A stretch of DNA of 64,000 nucleotides from the human T2T-CHM13v2.0 reference genome, Homo sapiens. Both the position numbers and the translations under genes were made by a program. Positions 16,380 to 34,819 of this stretch are shown piece after piece. Every line of letters starts with the position of its first letter. Positions within the stretch are counted from its first letter, which is position 1. Below the pieces are notes generated by a model, which saw only the letters and a list, made by a program, of their open reading frames with translations, was not told the DNA's origin and ran no database searches. The stretch lies in the NCBI RefSeq assembly GCF_009914755.1, contig NC_060926.1. One strand, 5' to 3'.

Positions 16380-17915
16380 CTGCTTGCTTGTGTCAGATTT
16401 CCCTGGGCTCTGCCTCCTTGGCCCTCCCTTAAATGTCAGCATTTCCCAGATCTTCACCTTCGGATCCTGCTGCCTGCCATCCTGACCCACCCAGTCACCC
16501 AGAACAGGGACCTCTTTTTTTTTGTTTGTTTAAGACAGGATCTCTCTCTGTCACCCAGGCTAGAGTGCAGTGGTGCGATCATAGCTCGTTGCAGCCTCTT
16601 CCTCCTGGGCTCAAATGATCCTCCCACCTTAGCCTCCTGAGTAGCTAGGACTACAGGCATGCGCCATGAATCCTGGCTAATTTATTTTTATATTTAGTAG
16701 AGACAAAGTCTTGTTATGTTGACTGGGCTTCAGTAGTCACTCTTGATTCCTCTTTCTCTTTCACCAATTGCTATATCTTAGCAGTTCTCAAACATTCCGT
16801 CCCCTATGCCACAACTCCACCTTCAGATACCAGTCCTAGCAGCTGGATTTTTGTGTCAGAACTTGAACTGTCTCTCTGCCTCCAGCTATTGCCCATAATC
16901 CCCTCTCCTGGTATGTCAACCACACTGTAGTTGGAGTGAGCCTTCCAACACATGCTAAAGAACCCCAACTGTCTTCTGAGTGTTTTTCTACAGAGGTGGA
17001 GGTCAGGATGGGTACTGGGTGGTGGGAGGTATGTGCTTGTCTAGCTTCCCAGCAGAGGTGTTACGGGACCACCATGGGGAAAGGCTGAGAACCTATGGGA
17101 AGGCTTGACAAAAAATGCTCAGGAGCTTCATGGTGGGACCAGGCAGGAGGGAGGCACCCAGGGTTCCCCTCCACACACAGTGCGCCTCTGCACTCTGCTG
17201 CCCTCAGAAGACAGTTGGGGCTTCTTAGCATGGTGCCCCAGCCCTTCAGGACCTGGCTCCTGCCACATCTTCAGCCATACCCTGCCCCTTCTCTCTGTCC
17301 CTCCCACACTGAGGACAGCAGTTCTGCTCTCAGTTCTGGGGGCTTTGCTCATATTGCTCTTCTTGCAGGGCACAATTTGCTCCACCTTTTAGCCAGACCT
17401 CAGTTCAGGGACCATCTCCTCTAAGAAGACTTTGCTGACAACTCCCCCACCCCCTCACTCAACATATACCCCCTTATTATCCCAGGACATCGGGCACATT
17501 TACTGCATTGTAACAGGCTCACAACATTTATGACATCATATTGTGGTTGTCTCTTAGCTGACTGTCTACTTGTGTGGGGTAGTGGTGAAGGTGCATTCTC
17601 TGGAGCCACCATGTCTGGGTTCACATCTAGGCACTACCACCCATCAGCTGAGTGGCCTTCTACAAGTTCCTTAACCCCTCTGTGTCCCTGTTTCCTCCAA
17701 CTGAAAAATGAAGATGACCATAGCACCTGCTTCTCAGGTGGGCATGAGGATGAAATGAGGTAATAGCCATAGAGTGCTGGGAACAGGACATGCATACAAT
17801 AAGCCCTACAATAATGTGACATTATTATTAGACTGTGATCACCTTGAGGGCAGGGTGATCTGCTTTATCTGTCTCTGAATCCATAGTTTCCAACTAAGCC
17901 CCAAATTAATGATGA
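16380..17915 (+). mobile_element. L2 LINE 3' region, split by an Alu, an inverted templated insertion and a MIR (~17570-17830)
   Basis: L2 motifs ctcttgattcctctttctct, cttagcatgg...gcccttcaggacctggctcctgcc, ctttgctcatattgct, tagactgtgatcaccttgagggcaggg. Confidence 0.65.
16514..16729 (-). mobile_element. Partial AluJ (right arm plus part of left arm)
   Basis: gatcatagctcgttgcagcctc...gggctcaaatgatcctcccacc. Confidence 0.88.
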
Positions 17916-18747
17916 ATAGTAATAGCACTAACAATGATAAGAGCAATGAACATCTGCAGAGGTTACACTTTATAGCCTATAAAATGTTTTCACAAACTGT
18001 ATTTCATTTAGTTGTCAGCACACTGCTGTCAGGTACCTAAGATTATTCCCATTTCACAGATGAAGCAACTAAGGCTCAGAGAGTCCTGGATGAGTCCAGT
18101 ATGTTGGAGGATTCTAGACAGCCATCTGAATTCAATACTCATGCTTTTGGAATATGGACATTTTAATAGCCAAGACTGAGTCAGCATCTTCTCTTTCTTT
18201 GGAAGTCTCTCTTCCAGATTCCGTCTGGTAAATTTCCACTTGTACTTCAACTCCTAGCTTCGAAGTCATCATTCCAGAGGATCTTACTGCCTCTTACATG
18301 CTGCCTTGGCTATTCAGTCTATGCCACCCAATCGCATTTCTCTTTTCCTTTCTGTTTTTTCCTGATGTTCCCACTACCCTGTAATCTCTTTAAAGGCAAG
18401 GACCATTTATGGTTCATCTTAGTATCTCCCATGCCTAACATGGCATTAGCAGATGAAGGTGCTGGAAACAAACTGAACTGAAGCTTGGTTCCTTCAGTAT
18501 GTGATATGCACACAGGGTAGAGTATGATGTGGATTGTAGGCAGAAGCACAGTATGTGTGGAGGAAGGCCCTGGACTCCCTCCTGCCTGGTGCCACCATGA
18601 AGCTCCTGGAAATTTTTTCTCAACCCTCCCCATAGGTTCTCAGCCTTTCCCCAGGGCAGCCACAATAGTACATCTGCTGGGGAGCTGGACACAGCACCCC
18701 CTCCCACCTCCCAGGACCCATCCTGACCTCCACCTCTGTAGAAAAAC
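16982..18747. repeat. ~210-bp inverted repeat pair (16982-17191 / 18540-18747), roughly 80% identical
   Basis: Manual reverse-complement alignment; first 32 nt gtttttctacagaggtggaggtcaggatgggt match perfectly; ORF track shows homologous peptides on opposite strands (17095+ vs 18633-). Confidence 0.93.
17930..18150 (-). mobile_element. MIR
   Basis: attattcccatttcacagatgaagcaactaaggctcagaga. Confidence 0.7.
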
Positions 18748-19448
18748 CCCCAAAGTCTGAGGTGACTTCACTGTAGGAAGCCAAGAGTGGCCATCAATGC
18801 AACTACTTCACCCTAAAAGAGAGGGAAAAGAAAGAAAAACTTGTTTTGCCCTTTCAAAATGCTGCCAATCCTTTTGTGAGCCTTAGTGGAAGGTGCATAT
18901 CCCAAAACTTTATCTATTGATAGAAGATAAGAGCAGCGCCTTGTATTCAAAATACTGTTTCCTTCTCCTTAAAGCCTGGTTCTCCATCAAATACAAGTCT
19001 CAATGGCCTCAGCCCAGAGCCGCGCACTCCCTGAAATCACAAGAATAATGCCTGGCTGAGATTTGGACCATTAAGAAGGTCCCTCCCTGGAATGGTTCGG
19101 GAACTTTAGCAACTGATAATGGTGCTGGAGTTCAATTTCAAGGGCTATCCAATGTGAAGGGACAGATGATTTTAAGTAGTTTATTTCTTCATGTTTTGGA
19201 AACTTGATATCCTCTTTTATAAGTTGGAGTCATGATATTGTTTTGCAAAGTGATTGAAAAGATGAAATAACATAAATAGATACAGTCATTGTCCTCAGGG
19301 AACCTCTTGGGCCCAACCAGTGAGCCAAGTCTTTTGCAGACTAGGTGTGACTGGAGCCGGTAACGGTCCCCATCTTCACCCTCACTATATTCATGTCCAT
19401 TGCCATGCATCTGTGCAGCTCTTTCATACCCAGACTCTGGGCTCAAGT

Positions 19449-19822
19449 TGGTGGTTTATGTTGGTCAGTGGAATAAGGCAGACAAGATGGTGTGCCAGTC
19501 TGGAGACTAGGCCTCAAGAGCTCCTGCATGTTTCACTTTTCCTCTTGCACTGCTTCCATCGTCGTGAGAATGACATGACTGAGGTAGCCCGCTGATTCCA
19601 GAGGTGGGTGAGAGACACCCGGAGCAGAGCTGAGTCACTGCAGCCAAGGCTGGCCTAGACTGGCCAAGCGATAGCCAAGCCCCAGATGCCTCAGTGCTCC
19701 CAGCCGAGATCAGCAGAGCTGTCCAGTCAAGCCCACTGTAGAGCAGTGCTGGGCTCTGCAGACATGTGCCAAATAATGTTCGTTGTTTTAGTTTCTGAGG
19801 TTTTGTGCAACAAAAACTGCCT

Positions 19823-19824
<2 letters not shown>
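19449..19824 (+). mobile_element. MLT1 (G/H/I-like) MaLR solo LTR; terminal bases displaced to ~20175-20199
   Basis: aggcctcaagag...ggagcagagctgagtca...cccagccgagatcagcagagc...aataatgttcgttgtttta...ctgcctga. Confidence 0.7.
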
Positions 19825-21172
<1,348 letters not shown>

Positions 21173-21499
21173 TAGCTGCCTGACTTAATGAGCTTGGCCA
21201 TCCTTCAGCCTGGGTATATGTCTGGCCTGGCTAATTGCTGAGTGACCTAAATCGAGTTACTTAAATTCTCTGAACTCCTGTTGCTTTATTTCTAATGGGG
21301 TTAAACAGTACATAGCCAGAAGCGTTGTTGTATTAACAGCACCCAGCACAGTGTATGGCATACAATCACACTGAAGAAGTGTCAGCGTCTTCCTTCCTTT
21401 CAGTCTCCCATCCCTGCCTTTACTTCATTAGTTTAAACTCAACTCTCCCTCCTCCTTTGAAGCCACCGCACGTGTTGTCTCTCCCATTTCTTTGGCAGC

Positions 21500-21803
21500 C
21501 AATTGGCCTTCCATATCTCGGACTCCATATCCAGGATTTTAACTGTGAATCAAAAATATTTGAGAAAACAATACAATGAAAATAACAACCCAACAATAAA
21601 ACATACAATAAATCTTTACATAGCATTTGCATTGCATTAGGTATTATAAGTGTTCTAGAAATGATTTAAAGTATATGGGAGGTTGTGTGCAGGTTACATG
21701 CAAATATTACGTCGTATTATATAAGGGACTTGAGAAACTGTTTATCTGGGTAGCCTCAGGGGGTCCTGGAACCAACTCCTCTGAATACTGAGGGACGACT
21801 GTA
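21500..21803. mobile_element. Tigger3-like TcMar DNA transposon fossil
   Basis: Ends caattggccttccatatc ... gatactgagggacgactgta; internal ttaggtattataagt...agaaatgatttaaagtata. Confidence 0.75.
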
Positions 21804-21924
21804 TTACCACATAACAGTTCTGATATTAGGTCTTCTATTATTCATTCCATATTGTATTTATATTTATTTTTTGACAATATTTATTGAGCACCTGTTCTAT
21901 GCCTAGTGCTAGGCATTAAGGTTA

Positions 21925-22312
<388 letters not shown>

Positions 22313-23627
22313 CTAGTGGCACCCAGATGGAAGGCACATAGGCATGGAACTGTGGCTATGCAGGTTGATTGGGGTGATATTCCTCCTGTTTGATTTATCT
22401 ATCTGTCCCTTTCAGGATTTTTGCAATGGTTTAATACCACTAGTGCTATTAGCAATATTTTCTTAAAGTGATTTACTGTTTCCCTAAATAAACTTACTTT
22501 AAAAATAAACTTTAAATCAATACTCTAAAGGAAAACAAATATCCCTGCCATAGGAGGTAATGACAAAATAAGTATAATGACAAAAATAAGTACAATAACA
22601 ATGATCAAATTCTGACCAATGTTGTTGGCCCAAGCCCCTGAGTCTGAGGCCACCTTGTTCTTTATTGAAAAGGGAAATTAGAAAGAGTTGGAGTGGTGTT
22701 TTTAACCACCAGACTAGCATCAAACTAAGACTTTCTCTTTGATATAATCAGAATTGAAAAAATAATTATTTTCTCAATATAAGATTCAATGATGTCTAAT
22801 ATAATGTCCAAGCTCTACCTAAAATTCACTGCAGGTGAATTCTATCCATTCCATATAAAGGCACATACCATGTAATGAGAGTGTAGTCAGAGACTGCTAG
22901 GATTCATGCTAAGGGTCAAAGTGATAAGAGCTGCCCATGGTGAGGTGAATTTCACTGGCAGGGGCTGCTTGAAGGGGTAGACCATGGGGCAGACATGAGG
23001 CAGGCAGTAGGGATGGGCTTAATGAGAAAAGAAGACAGAAGATACTCAGGGATGATGTCTCCAGGGCTTGGAAACCAGAAATTAGGTTCTGAGGGGAAAG
23101 TGGGTACTTAGAGGTGTCTCAAAGAGAATCTCTAACATAGAGGTAAAATAACTGAAGCCAGGCCCAATGAAGAGGGCAAAAGATAACTGGAGCAATTACA
23201 CTGCCTAAAACATAATGGCCTCTGAATCATGGTAAAACAGTGGGCAGAGGGTGGGAGTCATGGGTCACTGGGCTAGGATTCTGAAAAGCTGTGAGCAATC
23301 TGGTGTGATTTCTCACCGCCTAGGCAGATGTACACATTAAGTTAGAGATTTCAAGTTCAAATACCTGCATGTGTCAGGCAGGTAATAGGAACAACTAGTT
23401 TTCATGGGTGTAAGATAATAGTGGGTAGTGGGGGTTGGGGCAGAACACACACCACACGTAAAGACACTCAGATTCTGTGAAAGCAAACTAAAAGAAAACA
23501 CTGGACCTGCCAAACAAGCTGCATCCAAGAAACCTGCCCCTGCACCCCCCCATGTCGTTAGACTCTGGCCTGGATTATTTCTGTGTGTTCCCACATATTG
23601 GAGTCACTACTCAAGATCCAGATGAGT

Positions 23628-24060
23628 TGTGTTGGTTCTGGTCTTCCAGAAAGTGGACCCTAAGACATGATTAGACTTGTGGGAGAGTTACTGGGGGAAA
23701 TGCCTGTGAAGGAAAAAGGAGAGGAAGCCAGAATGGCAGGGAGAGCTTTTAAGTACAGGTACAGGTGTAAGACCTGGGAAATGGGGCATGGGAAGAGAGA
23801 GTGTGTAGGGGTGTCTCAGGCTGCAGGAAGGTCTTAGACGGGCCATCGAGTAGTCCTCAAGCCAAAGATGTCTTCAAAGGGGCCCATGTCTGCGGGAGGG
23901 GGCATGCCTCTTAATATCCCTGCTGCCCTCAGTCGCTTGCTGGAAGCAACAGGGCAACGGTGGTGTGAACTCAAGGATGGATCAGGAAGGCAGCAGCTGG
24001 AGCTGTCAATCATACCCCCAGAGCAGGAGATCTGAGTGGTGCCTTTCATAACCACAGCAT
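23628..24060 (-). mobile_element. ERVL LTR16-like fragment
   Basis: tgtgttggttctggtcttccagaaag...gggggaaatgcctgtgaagga...cagagcaggagatctgagtgg. Confidence 0.55.
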
Positions 24061-24623
24061 GGCTGAGGGGGATCTGATGCCCCCCAAGTAGCAGGCTTCT
24101 TGGCTACTATTCAGCTTCTGTGCTGGGGAGAAAGATCCAACCTTCCTGTCTCCTTTGGGATCCCCCATCCCAAATAAGGAGAATGATTGGATCTTGGAAG
24201 TCGACAAATGATAAATGTCCATTATCAAAAGAGCTCTGTGAATTGATATTGTAACCCTTCCCATTAAGAAAAGAAGTTTCTTAGCCAAAAATGTTTGAGA
24301 AACACTTATTTTTAAACAAACATTAAATAGATTTCCAGGATTTCCCAGAGCTGTTACTAGGCTGATGTATATCTTGAGTGTCCATGAGAATGAAACAGTA
24401 TGTACAGTTTGTCACATTTATTCGACCATTGACACACACTCCCAAACTCCAGTTTTTTATTATATTTTAATAGAGCATCTTGCAAGATGCATTTCAATGT
24501 GCTGTACATGCTGCACATCTTCTGTTTGTCCCCCCAGATCCACTCACCATCCTTCTCCTTTTCCTCTGTGCCCCAGAGGATAAGCTTCATGAACAAGGTC
24601 TTGACCCTCTTTTACCCTTTATT

Positions 24624-24801
24624 AGCTTTGCCCAGTAGAACGTTTACTGATGATGAACATGTCCTATGTCTACCCTGTCCAGGATGGCAGCCACTAGCCA
24701 CCAGTTATTGAGCACTGAGGAACTAAATTTTTAACCTTATTTAATTTTGATTAACTTAGATAGCTAAGTGTGGCTAGTGGCTCTCTTACTGGGCAGCACA
24801 G
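24624..24801. mobile_element. MER3-like hAT-Charlie fossil
   Basis: cagtagaacgtttactgatgatgaacatg...gcagccactagccac...gtggctagtggct...gggcagcacag. Confidence 0.75.
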
Positions 24802-25190
24802 TTCTGGCTTCTGGTTGGGTCTGGCCAGTAAGAAGCAACAAGAGAATCCTGGGGAGGAAAAGCAGGGTGAAGAAGATTATTTATTTCCCTGGGACCTCTC
24901 CCTGTGTGGTTACCATGGGTCATCATGTCCTCTGCAAAGGTCTCAGCTCTTGTCAGACATCCCTTGCCATACAGCCACTCTCTTGCCAAATTCAGCAGAG
25001 ACTTCCTTTTCCTGGCCTTTGAGGACGAGGGGTGGTCAATGCAACCTAATGCTGGTGGCTACTGTGCCAGCCTTGTAGGTTTCCCTACCCTACCCTGCCC
25101 ACACAATTGCAAATGGTCCTGTTAAAATTCTGCTCAGTTACTTGGGTTGAGAATATAATCTGTTTCCTATCAGAACCCTGCCTAGTCTAA
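24802..25190 (+). mobile_element. ERVL LTR16/LTR33-like fragment
   Basis: tggcttctggttgggtctggcca...ccctgcccacac...atctgtttcctatcagaaccctg. Confidence 0.5.
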
Positions 25191-25584
25191 AGCAGTGAAA
25201 TAAAACTTGTTTTTAATTTTGAAAAATATTTTCTTGTAGTAATAGTAAAAACATCAGAAAGGACTTATGACAAGAATCACCAATCATTTTCCCCTAAACA
25301 CTCTTTGTCCCTCCTCCCGATGCCTATAGGCAAGAACTTTTAATTCTCTTCAGTTTTACCTTTGAAGGTTACCTCCATACCTCAAAATAATAGGCTAAGG
25401 CCACTCTTAGTGCTATGTCAACTGGAGACATTATCCATTTCTCCCAATGGGCTACATGAGGATTTCCCTCACTTGCACCACCCCTACCTTCCCTTCCTCT
25501 CTCCTCCCAATTTTTGATAGCTATATTAGTATTTTAAACTTCCTCTACTGCTTACCACATACATTTAAAGAATAGATATAAACT

Positions 25585-25808
25585 ACTATTTCTTGTTCTG
25601 TTGCTTTCAACTGCATCTCTTGACCCCCCGTTTTGCAAAATGAAGGTATTTCCTTCCCAACCTGTTTTTCTTCCCTTTTCATCTCCCTGTTTCTGTACTA
25701 TTTCTTGTTCTGTTGCTTTCAACTGCATCTCTTGACCCCCCGTTTTGCAAAATGAAGGTATTTCCTTCCCAACCTGTTTTTCTTCCCTTTTCATCTCCCT
25801 GTTTCTGT
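25585..25808. repeat. Perfect 112-bp tandem duplication (25585-25696, 25697-25808)
   Basis: actatttcttgttctgttgc...catctccctgtttctgt repeated verbatim. Confidence 0.95.
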
Positions 25809-26492
25809 CAAGCTAAACCTTTATTTTTTACACGGTGAGTGTGGAGAACATGTACATTTTGTTTTGTAGCCACTCAGTTTTCTATGCTTTGTCTATGAGA
25901 GTTTCTAAAAATTAAGAGCCAGAAATGAACATCTATGTTATGTTGATATTGTTTAGTACAGGACTAAGGAGCGTGCATTTTCTTTTCTCCAGGCCTAATA
26001 TCACAATCCCTTTGCTAGTCAAAGAGAACATTTCTAGCATCAGAGCCAAATGTACTTCCCCCGACTCCTCTAATTGCTCAAAATTATACCATATTTTAGT
26101 TCTTCCTAAAGAACTAAAGATCTTTTGTTCTTTCTTTCTATTTATTTATTTATTTTAAATTTTAGATTTATGGGGGTATATGTGCAGATTTGTTATATGA
26201 GTATATTGTGTAATGGTGAGATCTGGGCTTCTTATGAACACTTCACCCAAATAGTGAACATTGTAACCAATAGGTAATTTTTTTTTATTATACTTTTAAG
26301 TTTTAGGGTACATGTGCACATTGTGCAGGTTAGTTACATATGTATACATGTGCCATGCTGGTGCGCTGCACCCACTAACTCGTCATCTAGCATTAGGTAT
26401 ATCTCCCGATGCTATCCCTCCCCCCTCCCCCCACCCCACAACAGTCCCCAGAGTGTGATATTCCCCTTCCTGTGTCCATGTGATCTCATTGT

Positions 26493-30314
<3,822 letters not shown>

Positions 30315-30377
30315 TATGATGTTAGCTGGTTATTTTGCTCGTTAGTTGATGCAATTTCTTCCTAGTCTTGATGGTCT

Positions 30378-31394
30378 TTACATTTTGGCATGATTTTGCA
30401 GCGGCTGGTACCAGTTGTTCCTTTCCATGTTTAGTGCTTCCTTCAGGAGCTCTTTTAGGGCAGGCCTGGTGGTGACAAAATCTCTCAGCATTTGCTTGTC
30501 TGTAAAGGATTTTATTTCTCCTTCACTTATGAAGCTTAGTTTGGCTGGATATGAAATTCTGGGTTGAAAATTCTTTTCTTTAAGAGTGTTGAATATTGGC
30601 CCCTACTCTCTTCTGGCTTGTAGGGTTTCTGCCGAGAGATCTGCTGTTAGTCTGATGGGCTTCCCTTTGAGGGTAACCCGACCTTTCTCTCTGGCTGCCC
30701 TTAACATTTTTTCCTTCATTTCAACTTTGGTGAATCTGACAATTATGTGTCTTGGAGTTGCTCTTCTCGAGGAGTATCTTTGTGGCGTTCTCTGTATTTC
30801 CTGAATCTGAACGTTGGCCTGTCTTGCTAGATTGGGGAAGTTCTCCTGGATAATATCCTGCAGAGTGTTTTCCAACTTGGTTCCATTCTCCCCATCACTT
30901 TCAGGTACACCAATCAGACGTAGATTTGGTCTTTTCACATAGTCCCATATTTCTTGGAGGCTTTGCTCATTTCTTTTTATTCTTTTTTCTCTAGACTTCC
31001 CTTCTCGCTTCATTTCATTCATTTCATCTTCCATCGCTGATACCCTTTCTTCCAGTTGATCGCATCGGCTCCTGAGGCTTCTGCATTCTTCACGTAGTTC
31101 TCGAGCCTTGGTTTTCAGCTCCATCAGCTACTTTAAGCACTTCTCTGTATTGGTTATTCTAGTTATACATTCTTCTAAATTTTTTTCAAAGTTTTCAACT
31201 TCTTTGCCTTTGGTTTGAATGTCCTCCCGTAGCTCAGAGTAATTTGATCGTCTGAAGCCTTCTTCTCTCAGCTCGTCAAAGTCATTCTCCATCCAGCTTT
31301 GTTCCGTTGCTGGTGAGGAACTGCGTTCCTTTGGAGGAGGAGAGGCGCTCTGCTTTTTAGAGTTTCCAGTTTTTCTGTTCTGTTTTTTCCCCAT
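30378..31394 (-). pseudogene. ORF1: L1 ORF1 (RNA chaperone), two premature TAG stops
   Basis: MGKKQNRKTGNSK... stops at 31128 and 30603; normal TAA at 30378-30380. Confidence 0.95.
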
Positions 31395-32302
31395 CTTTGT
31401 GGTTTTTATCTACTTTTGGTCTTTGATGATGGTGATGTGCAGATGGGTTTTTCCTGTGGATGTCCTTTCTGTTTGTTAGTTTTCCTTCTAACAGAGAGGA
31501 CCCTCAGCTGCAGGTCTGTTGGAATACCCTGCCGTGTGAGGTGTCAGTGTGCCCCTGCTGGGGGGTGCCTCCCAGTTAGGCTGCTCGGGGGTCAGGGGTC
31601 AGGGACCCACTTGAGGAGGCAGTCTGCCCCTTCTCAGATCTCCAGCTGCGTGCTGGGAGAACCACTGCTCTCTTCAAAGCTGTCAGACAGGGACATTTAA
31701 GTCTGCAGAGGTTACTGCTGTCTTTTTGTTTGTCTGTGCCCTGCCCCCAGAGGTGGAGCCTACAGAGGCAGGCAGGCCTCCTTGAGCTGTGGTGGGCTCC
31801 ACCCAGTTCGAGCTTCCTGGCTGCTTTGTTTACCTAATCAAGCCTGGGCAATGGCGGGCGCCCCTCCCCCAGCCTCGCTGCCGCCTTGCAGTTTGATCTC
31901 AGACTGCTGTGCTAGCAATCAGCGAGACTCCGTGGGCGTAGGACCCTCCGAGCCAGGTGCGGGATATGATCTCGTGGTGCACCGTTTTTTTAAGCCCGTC
32001 GGAAACGCGCAGTATTCGGGTGGGAGTGACCCGATTTTCCAGGTGCCGTCCGTCACCCGTTTCTTTGACTCAGACAGGGAACTCCCTGACCCCTTGCGCT
32101 TCCCAAGTGAGGCAATGCCTCGCCCTGCTTGGGCTCGCGCATGGTGCGCTCACCCACTGACCTGCACCCACTGTCTGGCACTCCCTAGTGAGATGAACCC
32201 GGTACCTCAGATGGAAATGCTGAAATCACCCGTCTTCTTCGTTGCTCACGCTGGGAGCTGTAGACAGGAGCTGTTCATATTCGGCCATCTTGGCTCCTCC
32301 CC
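31395..32302 (-). promoter_or_regulatory. L1 5'UTR: internal sense promoter (minus) and antisense promoter (plus); CpG-rich
   Basis: Complete 5'UTR, intact YY1 site (ggccatctt at 32283-32291), many retained CpGs; activity not shown. Confidence 0.75.
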
Positions 32303-32312
32303 GCACCAATAG
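31851..32312 (+). other. ORF0: L1 antisense ORF0, frameshifted and extended to 153 codons
   Basis: ATG at 31851, MAGAPPPASLPPCSLISDCCASNQRDSVGVGPSEPG matches ORF0; ORF0-type continuation FLS..IRVGVTRFSRC lies in another frame after the T7 run at 31985-31991. Confidence 0.7.
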
Positions 32313-32370
32313 GTAATTTTTTAACCCTCACCTCTCTCTCCCTCCCCCAATTTGGAGTCCCCAGTGTCTA

Positions 32371-32643
32371 TTTTTTTTTTTTTTTTGAGATGGAGTCTCG
32401 CTCTGTTGGGCAGGCTGCAATGCAGTGATCTCAGCTCACTGCAACCTCCGCCTCCCAGCTTCAAGTGATTCTCCTGCCTTAGCCTCCTGAGTAGCTGGGA
32501 TTACAGGCACCTGCCACCACTGCTGGCTAATTTTTATATTTTTAGGAGAGATGGGGTTTCACCATGTTGGCCAGGCTGGTCTCCAACTCCTGACCTCAAG
32601 TGATCTGCCTGCCTCAGCCTCCCAAAATGCTGGTATTACAGGT
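32371..32643 (-). mobile_element. AluS SINE, 5'-truncated
   Basis: Antisense Alu; TSD agtgtctatt on both sides. Confidence 0.92.
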
Positions 32644-33326
32644 AGTGTCTATTATTTTAGTCTTTATGTCCTCGTGTACCCATTGTTTAGCTCCCACTTA
32701 CAAGTGAGAATACGCGGTATCTGATATTCTGTTTCTGAGTTTGTTCACTTAGAATAATGGCCCCCAGCTCCATCCACATTGGTTCAAAAGACATGATTTC
32801 ATTCTTTTTATGGCTGCATAGTATTCTATGGTGTACATACACCACATTGTCTTTATCTAATTATCTGTTGCCGATTAGGTTGATTCCATGGTTTTGCTAT
32901 TGTGACTAGTGCTGCAATAAACATGAGTACAGGTGTATTTTTGATATAATAATTTATCTTCCTTTGGTATTCTATTTATATAATAATGCTCTTGTACAAA
33001 TTTTATTTCCATGAGTTTTGATTCTTTCCATATTTTCTTGTAGAAGAAAGAACATACATCTCTCTGACTATATTCCAAATATCATCCAGCTCTGTAGAAA
33101 TTTTATTAATTTCTCAGACTTGTTCTCCTTAAGACAATCTTCTTGAAACTCAGTAGTTTTCTATAATTGCTTTCAAGACTTTTAGTAGACTTCCTATCCA
33201 GGGAATTCTTTTCATCAACATTCTGGTTGGCTGTACACTTTTCTATAATTCATAGTTCTGTCTTTCTTGGTTTTTGCCAATTTTTCCCTCCCACCTCCTT
33301 TTGAGGGAGTACATCCTCAGGAAATT

Positions 33327-33716
<390 letters not shown>

Positions 33717-33784
33717 AGGTAAATTCTTTAGAAAATGTATGGGTGAGGTAAATATTCTGAACCCTTGATTGTCTGAAAATTATG

Positions 33785-33890
33785 GTTTTTTTTCTTATTT
33801 TATGGTTCTTTCTCTGTTTCTTTCTTTCTTTCTCTGTCTCTCTCTTTCTTTTTCTTCCTTTCTTCCTTTCTTCCTTCTTTCTTTTTTGCA
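33785..33890. repeat. CT-rich low-complexity pyrimidine tract
   Basis: tttctttctttctctgtctctctctttctttttcttcctttcttcc. Confidence 0.85.
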
Positions 33891-34333
33891 ACCATAAGAT
33901 GTTGAAGATGTATTTTTCTCATTCTTAAGCTGGATATAGAATTCTAGGTCCAAAATAATTTTACTTTCATATTTTGAAGCCTGTATTCTAGTGTCTTCTA
34001 GCATCCTTCATTGCTGATGAGAAGTCCAGTCCTGTTAGATTCAAATTTCTTTACAGTTACCTGTTTATTTCCCCATGGCCACCCAGTATCTCAGGGGTGC
34101 TATCTTGGGTGATTTGCTATTTAACCATGGCATGGCAAGGTCTTAGTCTTCTTTTAATTAATTCTGATCAATATTTGTGTTTCTCTTCAGCCCCTGGAAT
34201 TATGTTAATTGTTACTTTGCTAAATTCCTTCCCTAATTTCTCTCTTACTGCTTTCTGAATGTCTCTGAAATTGCTATTGAAACTCTCACAGAAGGTTGTA
34301 GACTGTGAATAAAAACCACAAGAGAGGATCTCC

Positions 34334-34623
34334 TTTTTTTATTTTTAAATTTTACTTTAAGTTCTGGGATACATGTGCAGAATGTGCAGGTTTGTTACAT
34401 AGGTATACATGTGCCATGGTGGTTTGCTGTACCTATCAACACGTCATCTAGGTTTTAAGCCCTGCATGCATTAGGTATTTGTCCTAATGCTCTCCCTCCC
34501 CTTGCCCCCAACCCCACGACAGGTCCTGGTGTGTGATGTTCCCCTCCCTGTGTCCATGTATTCTCATTGTTCAACTCTCACTTATGAGTGAGAACATGTG
34601 ATGTTTGGTTTTCTGTTCTTGTG
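34334..34623 (-). mobile_element. 5'-truncated L1PA7/8-like 3' end
   Basis: ttttactttaagttctgggatacatgtgcag...taagccctgcatgcattagg; TSD gaggatctccttttttt at 34324 and 34624. Confidence 0.92.
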
Positions 34624-34819
34624 GAGGATCTCCTTTTTTTTTTTTTGGTGAGTAATGGCAGCATCATTTGAAGTGTCTGCTTTCCCAAGGTGTGCACTGT
34701 AAAAGGGAAGACACTCAAGTCAATGTACAAAATGAGCCTCACTGTTTTATAATCACCCAGCCTGCATTACCTTTTTTGCTGTTTATAAAAATTATCACTG
34801 TGAGGTAGATAATGAAAGT

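Noticed and set aside
16951-17232. 30-bp inverted ends as a MITE
   Set aside because: The right 30-mer is collinear L2 sequence, the interior is a copy of 18540-18747, and no TSD is evident.
22400-22860. Possible old Charlie-type DNA transposon fragment
   Set aside because: Resemblance too vague to call without a Dfam search.
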